A DNA stretch of 63,433 nucleotides, filler included, from Octopus bimaculoides (GCF_001194135.2; 11 parts of 9 records of this genome joined end to end with filler, not necessarily neighbours in it); one strand, 5' to 3'. Counted from the whole stretch's first letter, positions 23,908 to 36,553 are shown. Notes: generated by a model not told the origin, from the letters alone. Numbers and translations are program-made.

Positions 23908-24140
23908 TATGTGTGTATCTGTATATGTTCATGTGTCTGTGTTTGTCCCCCCCAACATCGCTTGACAACCGATGCTGGTGTGTTTACGTCCCCGTAACTT
24001 AGCGCTTCAGCAAAAAAGACTGATAGAATAAGTACTAGGCTTACAAAGAATAAGTCCTGGGGTCGATTTGCTCGACTAAAAGCGGTGCTCTAGCATGGCC
24101 ACAGTCAAATGAGTGAAACAAGCAAAAGAGAAAGAGAAAA
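23664..24140 (+). mobile_element. SINE family A, near full length, with internal (TA)/(TG) microsatellite
   Basis: tRNA-like head (TGTGTGGTAAG, GGTTCAGTCCC), CORE-like ACCTTGGCAAGT, GAAGCCCGTCG, (TG)n 23835-23905, and tail GCGGTGCTCTAGCATGGCCACAGTCAAATGAGTGAAACAAGCAAAAGA. Confidence 0.9.
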
Positions 24141-24279
24141 AATATATATATATATACATATTCACCTAACATTTTTTCTGTTTTCTTCATTTACATTTCG
24201 ACACCGATTCACTGATTTCATTTGTTCTCACTAATTTATTTTTGTTTGTTTTTGAATAACGCTTTGACACGTTCCTTTT

Positions 24280-24365
24280 CTAACCGTAACCCTAGGCCTA
24301 TCCCTGACCCTGACCCTAAACCTTGCCCTCATCCTCACCACACCTCTTACACCATTACCTAACCG
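24280..24365. repeat. Degenerate (CCCTAA)n-like 6-bp periodic tract
   Basis: CTAACC GTAACC CTAGGC CTATCC CTGACC CTGACC CTAAAC CTTGCC CTCATC CTCACC... Confidence 0.6.
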
Positions 24366-24626
24366 TTCTCAGTTTCGTTTCGTTTCTTCTATTCCTCACT
24401 TTTATGCCTCTAATTAAACATGTTCAGCAATTAGTGTAATGTGTAAATTTTCCATGCTGCTTTTTATTTATTTACTTTAACTATTTCTATTTATATATTT
24501 ATCGTGTTCACATTTTTATTTCTTTTCCAAAAGGCAATTTTTTAAATATTTTTCTCTCAAGTTTATCGTATTAATGTTGGTCTGTATTATTTCTATTTTT
24601 ATCATAAAACATTACTTTTGTTGTCG

Positions 24627-24627
<1 letters not shown>

Positions 24628-24700
<73 letters not shown>

Positions 24701-24812
24701 ATTATCATTATTAAAATTATTATTATTATTATTTCTATTATTATTATTGTTGTTGTTGTTGTTGTTGTTGCTGTTGTTGTTGTTGTTGTTATTAACATTA
24801 TTATTATTGAGA
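24628..24812. repeat. Compound (ATT)n/(GTT)n microsatellite
   Basis: Directly visible. Confidence 0.95.
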
Positions 24813-25366
24813 AAAAAAATTCACAGAAACAATTTTACATTTTAACATATTGTTTATTTTTCCTTTAAAGCAAATTTCGTTCTAATTATTATATTATAAT
24901 ATTCATTGAGATAATTATTCACCACAGTTTGTTAAATTCCCACACATGTGACAACCTCGACCCTCCGTACTTTTATTTCATGAAACTCTTTCTTCCCCGT
25001 CTCACATTATTTGTTTTCATTATTTGTACATTTTGAAGTGCATTTTATTCACTTTCTATTTATTTTTTACTATATTTATTTATTTATTTATATTGGTGTT
25101 TCGGATTTTTCTTTTTCTTTTTCCTTCAGTGCGTTCGTTCAAATTTAATCTCGGATCTATTTGTTTGTTGTCTTAACCCTTTCAACTCCGCTCTGATACG
25201 TGTTTCTAGTTTTCCGCCATTTCAACCGTTAAATTCTTAATTTGGTTTTCGTTGTTCATTGATAGTTACATACGTTAGTACACACACACGAGCACATATA
25301 TATATATATGTATACATACGTGCATATATGCAAGCATACGTATATAGTAATTACGTACTTACATCG

Positions 25367-25409
<43 letters not shown>

Positions 25410-25621
25410 NNNNNNNNNNNNNNNNNNNNNNNNNNNNNNNNNNNNNNNNNNNNNNNNNNNNNNNNNNNNNNNNNNNNNNNNNNNNNNNNNNNNNNNNNNN
25501 NNNNNTAAAGAGATACAAAAATTGTAAATACTCATGTACAGAGTCCTATATTTCCTATTTGTTCTAGAAAAAGAAAATGGACACACACTGGCACATAGAT
25601 ACACACACACACACACACACA

Positions 25622-25622
25622 C

Positions 25623-25681
<59 letters not shown>

Positions 25682-25717
25682 ATAGATAGATAGACAGAAA
25701 GACAGATAGCTAGATAA

Positions 25718-25769
<52 letters not shown>

Positions 25770-25935
25770 GTAGATAGACAGACAGACATGAATATAGATA
25801 GACAGAGAGACAGACAGATAGACAGATAGACAAACATGGATATAGATATAGACAGACAGACAGATAAACAGACTGCCAGACAGACAGACAGACAGATAGA
25901 TAGATAAATAGAATGACGGTGAGAGACAGACAGAT
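25622..25935. repeat. (GATA)n/(GACA)n microsatellite
   Basis: Directly visible. Similar tracts at 5550-5600 and 26884-26962. Confidence 0.95.
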
Positions 25936-26310
25936 GGATACATCTCAGTTTTTGGCACACTTTTACACACTTTTTTCATACTCAAACACACATATATACA
26001 AAGATACACTCACACATACACACACACATACACACACGTGTTTGCGTGTATGTGTGTGCATTTGTGTGTGCCAACAGACTATGTAAACTGAATCACGAAC
26101 GGCATGGCGTGGATTAAATTCTAATATTTATTTAAACCAAGTTTTTGTCAATACTCCAGTTTTATGCTCTACAAGCTTTCTGACATCTTCTGAACGATCG
26201 CAGACCGTGAATACGAATATTGGCCGGCATCACACATCATATGTATGCATACATGTGTGTGTGTGTGTGTGTGTGTGCGCGTACCAAATAGTTGTGTGTT
26301 AATACATATA

Positions 26311-26351
<41 letters not shown>

Positions 26352-26587
26352 NNNNNNNNNNNNNNNNNNNNNNNNNNNNNNNNNNNNNNNNNNNNNNNNN
26401 NNNNNNNNNNNNNNNNNNNNNNNNNNNNNNNNNNNNNNNNNNNNNNNNNNNNNNNNNNNNNNNNNNNNNNNNNNNNNNNNNNNNNNNNNNNNNNNNNNNN
26501 NNNNNNNNNNNNNNNNNNNNNNNNNNNNNNNNNNNNNNNNNNNNNNNNNNNNNNNNNNNNNNNNNNNNNNNNNNNNNNNNNNNNNGT

Positions 26588-26635
<48 letters not shown>

Positions 26636-26752
26636 ATAAATATATAAATATAAAATGTGTTTATATATATATATGTACGTGTATGTATGTGTATATATAT
26701 ATATATGTACATGTATGTATGTGTATATATATATATATATATACATATCTGC

Positions 26753-26814
<62 letters not shown>

Positions 26815-26891
26815 ATTTGTGTGTGTGCCTGTGTGATATAAAACATGATATATGATCCGAATATGTATATGATATATATTTAAACAGACAA

Positions 26892-26963
<72 letters not shown>

Positions 26964-27937
26964 GTAACTGAAGTGAAAAAACACGAAGACCAGGCGACGG
27001 CTGGGGGAGTCGTTCAAGCGATCCTTTTTTCTTCTTCGTATCTCTGCGTCTAGATTTCAAATCCCGTTCAAGTTAACTACGCTTTGTCTCTCTCAGCGTC
27101 GCTTCGATAATGTATCACTGCAGGTCTGCAATTTGGTTGAATTTTTGCTATCCTTTCCGTTATGTGCCTTTGGCGTGGTGGCCTTAATACTTTGCTCAGT
27201 TTTAACACCCTTTCACCCAGCTTTTCACTGCAGGTCTTTAACTGAGCCTAAAGTGTTACAGTCACTCGGAGATCTGGTTTCCTGTTTGGGTATATTTCCA
27301 TTTGTTTCTCACATCAGTTCTCGGGCGTCCCAAAGACAAACAGGTTGAAGGGAGCTGAATCTCCCTCTCCAGCTAAACACAAAAACTGACGTCCAATGAA
27401 GACATTGATACTATTGTTTTTTGATGTAACGGCGCGGTTATGTGATAAACAATAGCAGAAAACAATAATTGAACAAACACGTACACACGCACACACACAC
27501 ATAACACAACACACATGCACAGAGAATAATACGATAGCAGATTCATATTCATACATGTATACAGATACTTCAGTACATATAAATATCAGACTCGCAAAAA
27601 TGTGGTAGAAGAAGTATGATAAACAGCCAAAGAGAAATCATTGGGAAAGCCTCAGTTTTGGTCTTAGCTTTGACTAGCGAGCGACACAGCTCCACCATTC
27701 TTCATTCTGCTCTCTGCTAGCTCTTTACTGCCACCGGAAATGTTACCATCCTCCATTACTAACGGCTCAATTCTTACATTTCAATGCTTCCATAGATTAA
27801 ATGCCAAGACTGTTCAGTGAAAGATGGCACTTGTGAAATAGTGTCGACAATAAAGAAAATAGCTTTCGTAATCATTACAGGCTGATGTCTTGATGTGTGC
27901 AGACGTATACCTACACACACACAGACACACACACACA

Positions 27938-27978
<41 letters not shown>

Positions 27979-29334
27979 ACTAATAAACAAATAAATATAT
28001 AAATAAATACATGAATAAATAAATGCGCAAATAATCTGTGTGGGTGCGTATGTTGGAGTGTGTGCTTCCAGATATATTTNNNNNNNNNNNNNNNNNNNNN
28101 NNNNNNNNNNNNNNNNNNNNNNNNNNNNNNNNNNNNNNNNNNNNNNNNNNNNNNNNNNNNNNNNNNNNNNNNNNNNNNNNNNNNNNNNNNNNNNNNNNNN
28201 NNNNNNNNNNNNNNNNNNNNNNNNNNNNNNNNNNNNNNNNNNNNNNNNNNNNNNNNNNNNNNNNNNNNNNNNNNNNNNNNNNNNNNNNNNNNNNNATATG
28301 ACAAATATATTTTCATCCATAAATATATATAAATATATAGAGTGATATATACATGCGCTTATATATCCATATATACATATATGCGAGGCGGGTGGTATGT
28401 ATGTATATAGTACAATTTGCCTGTTTCTGTATATGTATAAAGCGATGTCTGGATTATACCTTTGTCTCTCTTTTTTTCTCTCTCCCGCTTTCTCTCTCCA
28501 CTTGCCTGAATGTCGACACACATAAACCCAACCACCCACACAAACACACACACGCTCACACACACGCATGCAAGCAGACATACACACACACATAGACACA
28601 CACACCTACACGCACACACGCACACATGTATCTACTCGTGTATATTCAGATATATACGCACATACACACACACATATACATACATAGAGCATAATGATAT
28701 AGATATATATATGTACGTATGTGTCTTTCTATATACGCGCCAGCATACACACATAAGAAAACACGTATATACACACATATGTAGATGAAACACACACCCA
28801 CCCCCACCCACACACATACATGTATATATATATATATATATAAATTGATAATTTTTTATATTTGTATATAATCATATATATATACATATATATACATATA
28901 CATATATACATATATATACATACATATACATATACACATATACAAATTCGTACATATATTGTGTTTATGGTTGTAAATACACACACACACACATACACAC
29001 ACACACACACATATGTATCCGTGTGTGTGTGTATGTGTGTGTGTGTGTAAGCATATATATATATATATATGCTTACACATATATATATGTATATATATAT
29101 ACAGATTTGTACATATATGCATATATGGTTGCAAATACATACATTCATGNNNNNNNNNNNNNNNNNNNNNNNNNNNNNNNNNNNNNNNNNNNNTTAATTA
29201 ATTAANNNNNNNNNNNNNNNNNNNNNNNNNNNNNNNNNNNNNNNNNNNNATATATATGTATGTGTGTATTTATATATATGTTCATATATATATATATATA
29301 TATATGTATGTATATAGATAGATAGATAGATAGA

Positions 29335-29720
29335 TAGATAGGAAGAGGGGGACAGAGAAGATAAGATGTAATAATGAGAGGGTGATTGAAAAGGAGGAGA
29401 AAAAGAACGGATGGTGTTTAGAAAAACCAGGAAAATATGGGAGAAAAAAAAAGGATAGCAGAAGTGTGTAAAAAAAAGGGAGAAGAAAAGAAGAGAGAGA
29501 AAAGTAGCAAGAAGGTATATGCTGAGGAGGAGAAGGAAGAGGAGAAAGAAAGGAGAGAAGAGTAGGTGAAAGAAAAAGAAAAAACAGAAAAGTTATAATA
29601 AGGAATAAGGAAGAAAGTAATAAAGAAGGAAGCATTAAAAACAATGGTAAAAAAATATAAATGAACGAATGAATGAATGAATGAATGAAACAATACAAAA
29701 AGACTAAAAACGAAAGAAAA
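29335..29720. repeat. Purine-rich (GA/GAA) low-complexity tract
   Basis: Strong A/G strand bias, ending in (GAAT)n. Confidence 0.85.
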
Positions 29721-30194
29721 ACGAAAGTGAAAGGACAAATGCGATGTGCATATAGCAAAGTTATCTTATTTTTTTCTTTACAAGCAGGTACCCTTGGAGG
29801 GATCCAAATGTCTTGAGCTAAATGGATTCTCTGGGAGTCATAGAAAGAATACAAATTGACTATTGAAGATTAAAAAAAAAAAAAATAGAAATAGAAAAAT
29901 AGAAAAAAGTAATGGGGGTGGGGGAGTGAGTGGAAGGGATATAGAGAATGTAGAGATAAAAAAATGCATGAATTTATTTATTTATTCAGAGGCAGGAATG
30001 GAACACAAGAGGTCGACATTTCCATGGTGGAATATTTTTTTAACAATGAATATACAATGCTGTCTGCATCCCTGCTAAGCTGCAGGTGGAAAAAGAGGAT
30101 GGTTTTCAAAGAATTGTGACTTTTTGAAGAACTGTGTCAATGAAAGGAGGATAGATATGTAATCACAGAGCAAATATATAAAAGAAAAAAAAAT

Positions 30195-30352
30195 TCAGGT
30201 GTGGCTGTGTAGTAAGAAGCTGGCTTCTCAACCACATGGTTCTGGGTTCAGTCCTACTGCATGGCACCTTAGCCAAGTGTCTTCTATAGCCTCGGGCCAG
30301 CCAAAACCTTGAGAGTGGATTTGGTAGACGGAAACTGAAAGAACCCCGTCAT
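30195..30352 (+). mobile_element. SINE family A, 5' half
   Basis: GTGGCTGTGTAGTAAGAAGC...GGTTCAGTCC...GGATTTGGTAGACGGAAACTGAAAGAACCCCGTC, then (TA)n. A matching 3' half resumes at ~31030-31125. Confidence 0.85.
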
Positions 30353-30420
30353 ATATATATATATACAAAATGGCTGATAGTTAGCAAGGTGGGACACACA
30401 TAAGAAAGAAGAAAGCAAAG

Positions 30421-30464
30421 GACCACTGATGAGGTCACAAAAGTGTGACGAAAGAACTCTGGCC
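30421..30464 (+). ncRNA. Minimal type I hammerhead ribozyme candidate
   Basis: CTGATGA 30426-30432, one extra G, perfect helix II GTCACA-aaag-TGTGAC (30434-30449), GAAA 30450-30453, AG-aa-CT helix III, CUC triplet ending 30459. Helix I GACCA/TGGCC (4 of 5 pairs). Confidence 0.68.
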
Positions 30465-30967
30465 AAAATAGGATTAATGTAATGTAATGTAATGTAATAT
30501 AAAGCTGAAGCAAATTAACACCAAATATACAGTGCGTGTGTTTTTATTGGGTAAACTGGCAATATGACCATCCCCAAGTACAACNNNNNNNNNNNNNNNN
30601 NNNNNNNNNNNNNNNNNNNNNNNNNNNNNNNNNNNNNNNNNNNNNNNNNNNNNNNNNNNNNNNNNNNNNNNNNNNNNNNNNNNNNNNNNNNNNNNNNNNN
30701 NNNNNNNNNNNNNNNNNNNNNNNNNNNNNNNNNNNNNNNNNNNNNNNNNNNNNNNNNNNNNNNNNNNNNNNNNNNNNNNNNNNNNNNNNNNNNNNNNNNN
30801 NNNNNNNNNNNNNNNNNNNNNNNNNNNNNNNNNNNNNNNNNNNNNNNNNNNNNNNNNNNNNNNNNNNNNNNNNNNNNNNNNNNNNNNNNNNNNNNNNNNN
30901 NNNNNNNNNNNNNNNNNNNNNNNNNNNNNNNNNNNNNNNNNNNNNNNNNNNNNNNNNNNNNNNNNNN

Positions 30968-31020
<53 letters not shown>

Positions 31021-31505
31021 CTATGTATGTGTGTGTGGCTTGGTGCCTGTGTTTGTCTCCCACCATCACTTAACAACTTATGTTGGTGAGTTTACATCCC
31101 TGTAACTTAGCAGTTCAGCCAATTTTGGTGATGAAGTTTTTCAGGAGGACGTTCAAAGTGTTTTCACTGTCTTACCAAAAAAGGCTTTAGTGGGTGCACT
31201 TGCATCTCCTGCAACCCCGTGTTCTTGAGCCTATCTGTTTTTACATTGCAGCAACACTGGATATTATTTCTAATATACGAATATAAACTTAGACTTCCAG
31301 TATGAGACATTGAATAAAAGGAATACCTCCGCTCTGCTCCATGATATTGAGTACATGGCTTAATCTTGAGAATTTTTCAATTTTTAAACAAGTACTTACA
31401 GCAATACACACACACACACACACACACACATACACATATATATATATACATATACACACAAACATATATACATACACACACACACATATACATTCTCTGG
31501 ATCTG

Positions 31506-31549
<44 letters not shown>

Positions 31550-32077
31550 AAATATAGAATAACTAGCACAACATTTATATGCACATCTTTATAAGTGTAT
31601 TCTTGTAGATGCCTACATGCATGTAGGCGTACATATCTATCTGCTTATCTATCTATATACATATATATGTGAGTGCGTGTGTGTGTACGTGTGTGTGTGT
31701 GTTCTTGCACATTAAATATCTACAGACAGGAATTCTCTCCCAAACAATGCCAGCTCTATAATTACTGTTCAATTCTGACATGAATATAACTCTTCAGTTG
31801 ATAAAGCCATAATTTGTAACATTCCTAAATGCGTAAAGGATAAAAAGAAAATCCTTAAATATAGCTACGACTTAGATTCAAATTCATTCAAAGTTTGAAA
31901 GAAACCAAATTTGAAAAGAACTATTCTTCTTATTAAAGGAATAGATTCTAATCGTTTCGGCTAAATATCCAATCACATTTACCGAGAAAAAAAGAATTGA
32001 GTAGGATCATTCATTTTGTGCCAACAACACTGCCAAAGAAAGAAACGGTAGCATATATACACATGTACATACATACA

Positions 32078-32116
<39 letters not shown>

Positions 32117-32276
32117 TCACACACACACACATATATATACACACATACATATATTTATATATATATATGTATGTATATGTGCATATATATGTATATATGA
32201 ATATGAATATAAGTATATTTATATATGTGTGCATATATATATGTATATATATATATATATAAATGTATGTATATTT

Positions 32277-32331
<55 letters not shown>

Positions 32332-33235
32332 CCACAAACACCCACTTACACATAGTTCTCCCATGTATGTATATATATCTATATCTATATATATATATAT
32401 AGGTATGTATGTATGTATGTATGTATGTATGTATGTATGTATGTATATATATATATATGTATGACAGTGTCTTTTTTTTTTCTCTTTCTCTCTAATAACC
32501 ACATAAGGCCAATTTTGTGCCAGATGATAATAAATCTAAGCGTTAACTACTCAACAAGCTACAACACATTGGCCAGATCAGAAAAATTGCTGTGTCTTGT
32601 TCATTTTGCATCTGTACAAGTTTTGTCACCAGTCCAAGAATCAGACAGATAGTCATTAGCTGGACCGGGCCCAAAAACTACTGACCACAATCAGAGTGAA
32701 AACTGTGCCAATAAGTAGGACATGGGTAAGTAATCTATCAAAGCTTGGTCAGGAAAAATAAAGACAAAAGCAACGTTGGAGAGAGAGTAAAGTAATTAAG
32801 AAAGAAATTCAGCAGAGAGGAAAAATGGCTGCTTTTATTTCTGTCAATATGGTAGACAGGGCTATTATTTCTCTCTAACAAATGAAGAGTTTCAGTCGGA
32901 AAATGCTAAAATGCCAAACAATTTCTTTTACTTCTTTTGTTATGTTTGAAGGAAAACTTGCCTTTTTCTATTGCATTTATAGATTTTTAGTGGTTGTCAG
33001 GAAAATACTAAGTTATTGATTTAGTACGTACCTACTAATTAGGTATATTTTGTACAGCAGCACAACCAAACTATAAATTGTGTATGCAGAAAATTTCTAA
33101 TGATTACTTCCATAATTGACCAATGTGCTATAGAATAAAGCTATTTAAAACTAGTCATTAACCCTTTCAAGTGGAATAATCTAAATATTTATTTTAAAGA
33201 AATTTTTTAAGAATTTTCCCCCACCTCCCCTATTC

Positions 33236-33408
33236 TTGGCAGGGCTGCGTGGTAAGAAATTTGCTTCCAAACCACACGGTTTAGTTCCACTTTGTGGCAC
33301 CTTGGGCAAGTGTCTTCTATTTTATCCCCAGGCCAGCCAAAGCCTTATGATTGGATTTAGAAGATGGAAACTCAAAGAAGCCTCTCCTATATATATATAT
33401 ATATATAT
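33236..33408 (+). mobile_element. SINE family A, 5' half
   Basis: GGCTGCGTGGTAAG and GGCACCTTGGGCAAGTGTCTTCTA, then (TA)n into a gap. Confidence 0.82.
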
Positions 33409-34690
33409 NNNNNNNNNNNNNNNNNNNNNNNNNNNNNNNNNNNNNNNNNNNNNNNNNNNNNNNNNNNNNNNNNNNNNNNNNNNNNNNNNNNNNNNNNNNN
33501 NNNNNNNNNNNNNNNNNNNNNNNNNNNNNNNNNNNNNNNNNNNNNNNNNNNNNNNNNNNNNNNNNNNNNNNNNNNNNNNNNNNNNNNNNNNNNNNNNNNN
33601 NNNNNNNNNNNNNNNNNNNNNNNNNNNNNNNNNNNNNNNNNNNNNNNNNNNNNNNNNNNNNNNNNNNNNNNNNNNNNNNNNNNNNNNNNNNNNNNNNNNN
33701 NNNNNNNNNNNNNNNNNNNNNNNNNNNNNNNNNNNNNNNNNNNNNNNNNNNNNNNNNNNNNNNNNNNNNNNNNNNNNNNNNNNNNNNNNNNNNNNNNNNN
33801 NNNNNNNNNNNNNNNNNNNNNNNNNNNNNNNNNNNNNNNNNNNNNNNNNNNNNNNNNNNNNNNNNNNNNNNNNNNNNNNNNNNNNNNNNNNNNNNNNNNN
33901 NNNNNNNNNNNNNNNNNNNNNNNNNNNNNNNNNNNNNNNNNNNNNNNNNNNNNNNNNNNNNNNNNNNNNNNNNNNNNNNNNNNNNNNNNNNNNNNNNNNN
34001 NNNNNNNNNNNNNNNNNNNNNNNNNNNNNNNNNNNNNNNNNNNNNNNNNNNNNNNNNNNNNNNNNNNNNNNNNNNNNNNNNNNNNNNNNNNNNNNNNNNN
34101 ACAATTTTACAAACAGATAATAGTAGAGTTTAGATTTAGCTGATATTAATGAACTGAAGCAGATTCTAAATGCATGAGAATTCTAAGAATTACATTCTCT
34201 TGGATACTTAATATCTGGGTTGGGAGGGATGATCGGTTCCATTGTTCATTTTGTAGCTAATTGACAGGTTAATTAGAGCTGGCAAATTTGACATTTTTTT
34301 TTCTCTTTTTTTTTTCATTAAAAATTTTTTTTTTTTTTTTGTCTGTTAGTTGGTGTTGATTATTTTCACTGGTGGAATGATAGTCAGTCAGTCAGTCAAT
34401 CAGTTGGTTGGTTGGTTGGTTGGTTGGTTTAGCTAGCAGTAGTATGCACCATAGCTAGGAGAAAGACATTTAGCAAGTGAATGACTGTTTAGCTAAGTAG
34501 AATAAGGTTTGGACAATTAGAAGCATGCTTAACTATGTTTAGACGATTTCTTGGTTGTTTTATTTTTTTTTCCCTTTTTCTATATGTCTTTGTGTATTTT
34601 TTTTTTTTACTGCTTTTGTTTAGTGAAATGGTAAATTGATTAGCTTACTTCTTGATTAGTTAGTTGATTGCATTATTATTATTATTATTA

Positions 34691-34816
34691 TTATTACTGC
34701 CAGCTTAGTGAAGGCGAAGGTATTGTTTTCAGTTGCGTTTGTTTGTTTGTTTGTTAGTCTGTGGACAAGATATCTCGAGAACCGCTGGATAAATTCGGAT
34801 GAAACTTTCAGGGATG
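34691..34816 (+). mobile_element. DINE-1/HINE-like non-autonomous Helentron fragment
   Basis: TTATTAC start, short GC hairpin-like segment, (TTTG)n microsatellite, then GATATCTCGAGAACCGCTGGAT...GATGAAACTT. This layout is typical of that group. Confidence 0.5.
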
Positions 34817-34834
34817 CCTTAAAATAATCTTTTC

Positions 34835-35042
34835 TACTCTAGCCACAAGGCCCAAAATTTTTGGGAAGGGGGCCAGTCGATTAGATTGACACCAGTACAT
34901 GACTGATATTTAATTTATCAACCCTGAAAGGATGAAAGGCAAAGCTGACATCAGCGGAATTTGAACTCAGAATGCAAAGACAGACGAAATATCACTAAGC
35001 ATTTCGCCCGGCGTGCTAACATTTCTGCCAGCTCACCGCCTT
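34835..35042 (-). mobile_element. SINE family B, full length
   Basis: Minus strand GGCGGTGAGCTGGCAGAAATGTTAGCACGCCGGGCGAAATGCTTAG...GAGTTCAAATTCCGC...TTTGCCTTTCATCCTTTC. Confidence 0.85.
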
Positions 35043-35215
35043 TCAATGGGCCAGCCTTGTCACACTCTGTGTCACACTGAATCTCCCTAAGAACTACAGG
35101 AAGAGTACACATGTCTGTACACATTTGCACGTTAATTTCGTAATTTCACAAGCAGGCTGTTCCGTTGATCAGATGAACTGGAACCATCTTCATCGTAACT
35201 GACCAAGTGCCAGTT
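35043..35215 (+). mobile_element. SINE family C, 3' half
   Basis: CAGCCTTGTCACAC...GCAGGCTGTTCCGTTGATC, homologous to the reverse complement of 11561-11760. Confidence 0.8.
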
Positions 35216-35811
35216 AGTTATATCTAAGACAATATTAACCAGAGTATCCTTATTTTTCCAAGACTGACGTGCGATTCAAAAGAGATTTAGCTGCTATTTT
35301 TAGCAGTTAAAACGACCAGGTATGAGACTTGTTTATTGATGCCTACATAACAGTAATTCAGAAGAATTCTTTATAAATAACAAAGAGGGATTTGCAGCAG
35401 TGTCTACAGGTGGTTATTGATTTATTCTTTGGTTTGTGGCCTAAAATTGGCATCAGATGAAATAAAATACATTCCATAAAATACATTCCTCAGTTTGGCA
35501 TAAATTGCATACTTTTGATCTGTATATTCTTGAAGAGATCGTTTTATTCTAGACCTACCATGTAACCTTACCGCATTTTTTCCTTTTTTATCTTGAATAA
35601 ATATGCCAGGGAAGTATCAAATAGTTTACTTTCGACTGATGCTTAAATGAACTGATGAGGTGGTAGAGTCTATATTAAAATGTGTTTTCACTCATGCCTA
35701 TATAGAGTGAAAAGCAGAAACATGGAAATCTGAGTAGCAACAGCTTTGGATAAATGGATTAACTGTAAGCAATGATTGCTTTTATAGCTTGCTTGTAAAT
35801 TTGAACATGTG

Positions 35812-35940
35812 TGTATCATCATCGGTGTCATCATTATCATCATCGTCATCATTCTTATGTCCAGTTTTTCATGCTGGCATGGGTTGGTTATGTCTTATCA
35901 AAGCACTATACTAAGGCCAGATGCCTTTCCTGTCTCCAAT
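35812..35940 (-). mobile_element. Retroposon 3' tail (family E) ending in (GAT)n
   Basis: Minus strand AGGAAAGGCATCTGGCC...CAACCCATGCCAGCATGAAAAACTGGACAT, then (GAT)n. Homologue at 36554-36740. Confidence 0.65.
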
Positions 35941-36017
35941 AATATGTTTTTCAGGTAAGCCATCTCTCTCTCTCTCCCTCTTTCTCTTTCACCCCTCTCT
36001 CTTTCCCTCCCTCTCCA

Positions 36018-36058
<41 letters not shown>

Positions 36059-36127
36059 GTGTGTGTGTGTGTGTATGTGTGTGTGTATGTATATATATAT
36101 ATGTATGCATATATATATATATGTATT

Positions 36128-36318
36128 CTTTCTTTTCTTAGGCCTCCGTCGGTCATGGCTGACCATGGGTGATGTCATCCGTCCCTTGAGTTGTCTATTC
36201 ATTTTTTGCAATGCCTCCTGTGGCTGTAGAGACCGATACAAGAATGGCAGTCTCGTTTGCAGAGGTCACACCTATACGTTGAATCCGGTCTGTTGGCTGT
36301 CATTTCTTTTCTGGAGGC
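36128..36318 (-). mobile_element. RTE-clade LINE, 3' end fragment
   Basis: Terminal C2H2-type YRCDLCKRDCHSCIGLYSHRRHCKK*, a short 3' UTR (CCATGGTCAGCCATGACCGACGGAGGCC) and an (AAG)-rich tail. Confidence 0.8.
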
Positions 36319-36334
36319 TCAGTTATATATATAT

Positions 36335-36505
36335 ATAGTTGAAATTTTCAGAAAAACAAAAGACAAAGACAGGTGTATGAACAAGTAGATATATTAGTTT
36401 GACGCTTGAGAAAGTGAGAAAGTCTACGTTCTTCAACAGAAAGGAATAAGAAAAAATAAACTGAGAGAATAAAAAAACTTGTGCTTTTAGTGGTCAATCA
36501 TGGCA
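36335..36505 (-). mobile_element. Penelope-like terminal-repeat segment, hammerhead half deleted
   Basis: Homologous to 14328-14520. Retains CTTTCTGTTGAAGA but lacks the GAAAC strand. Confidence 0.55.
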
Positions 36506-36553
36506 TGTGTGTGTGTGTGTGTGTGTATATACACACACACACACATTTATAGT

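Noticed and set aside
24571-24845. Poly-Leu and poly-Ile/Thr ORFs
   Set aside because: These are trinucleotide microsatellite translations.
25173-25182. piggyBac-like TTAA|CCCTTT starts (also ~33158)
   Set aside because: No matching AAAGGG|TTAA end was found.
26990-27850. GC-richer segments with short open frames and acceptor-like sites
   Set aside because: The first part is a degenerate family B SINE. The remaining frames terminate quickly and show no recognisable domain.
29282-29854. 190-aa hydrophobic F/L/S-rich ORF resembling a membrane protein
   Set aside because: It results from the pyrimidine-rich low-complexity strand.
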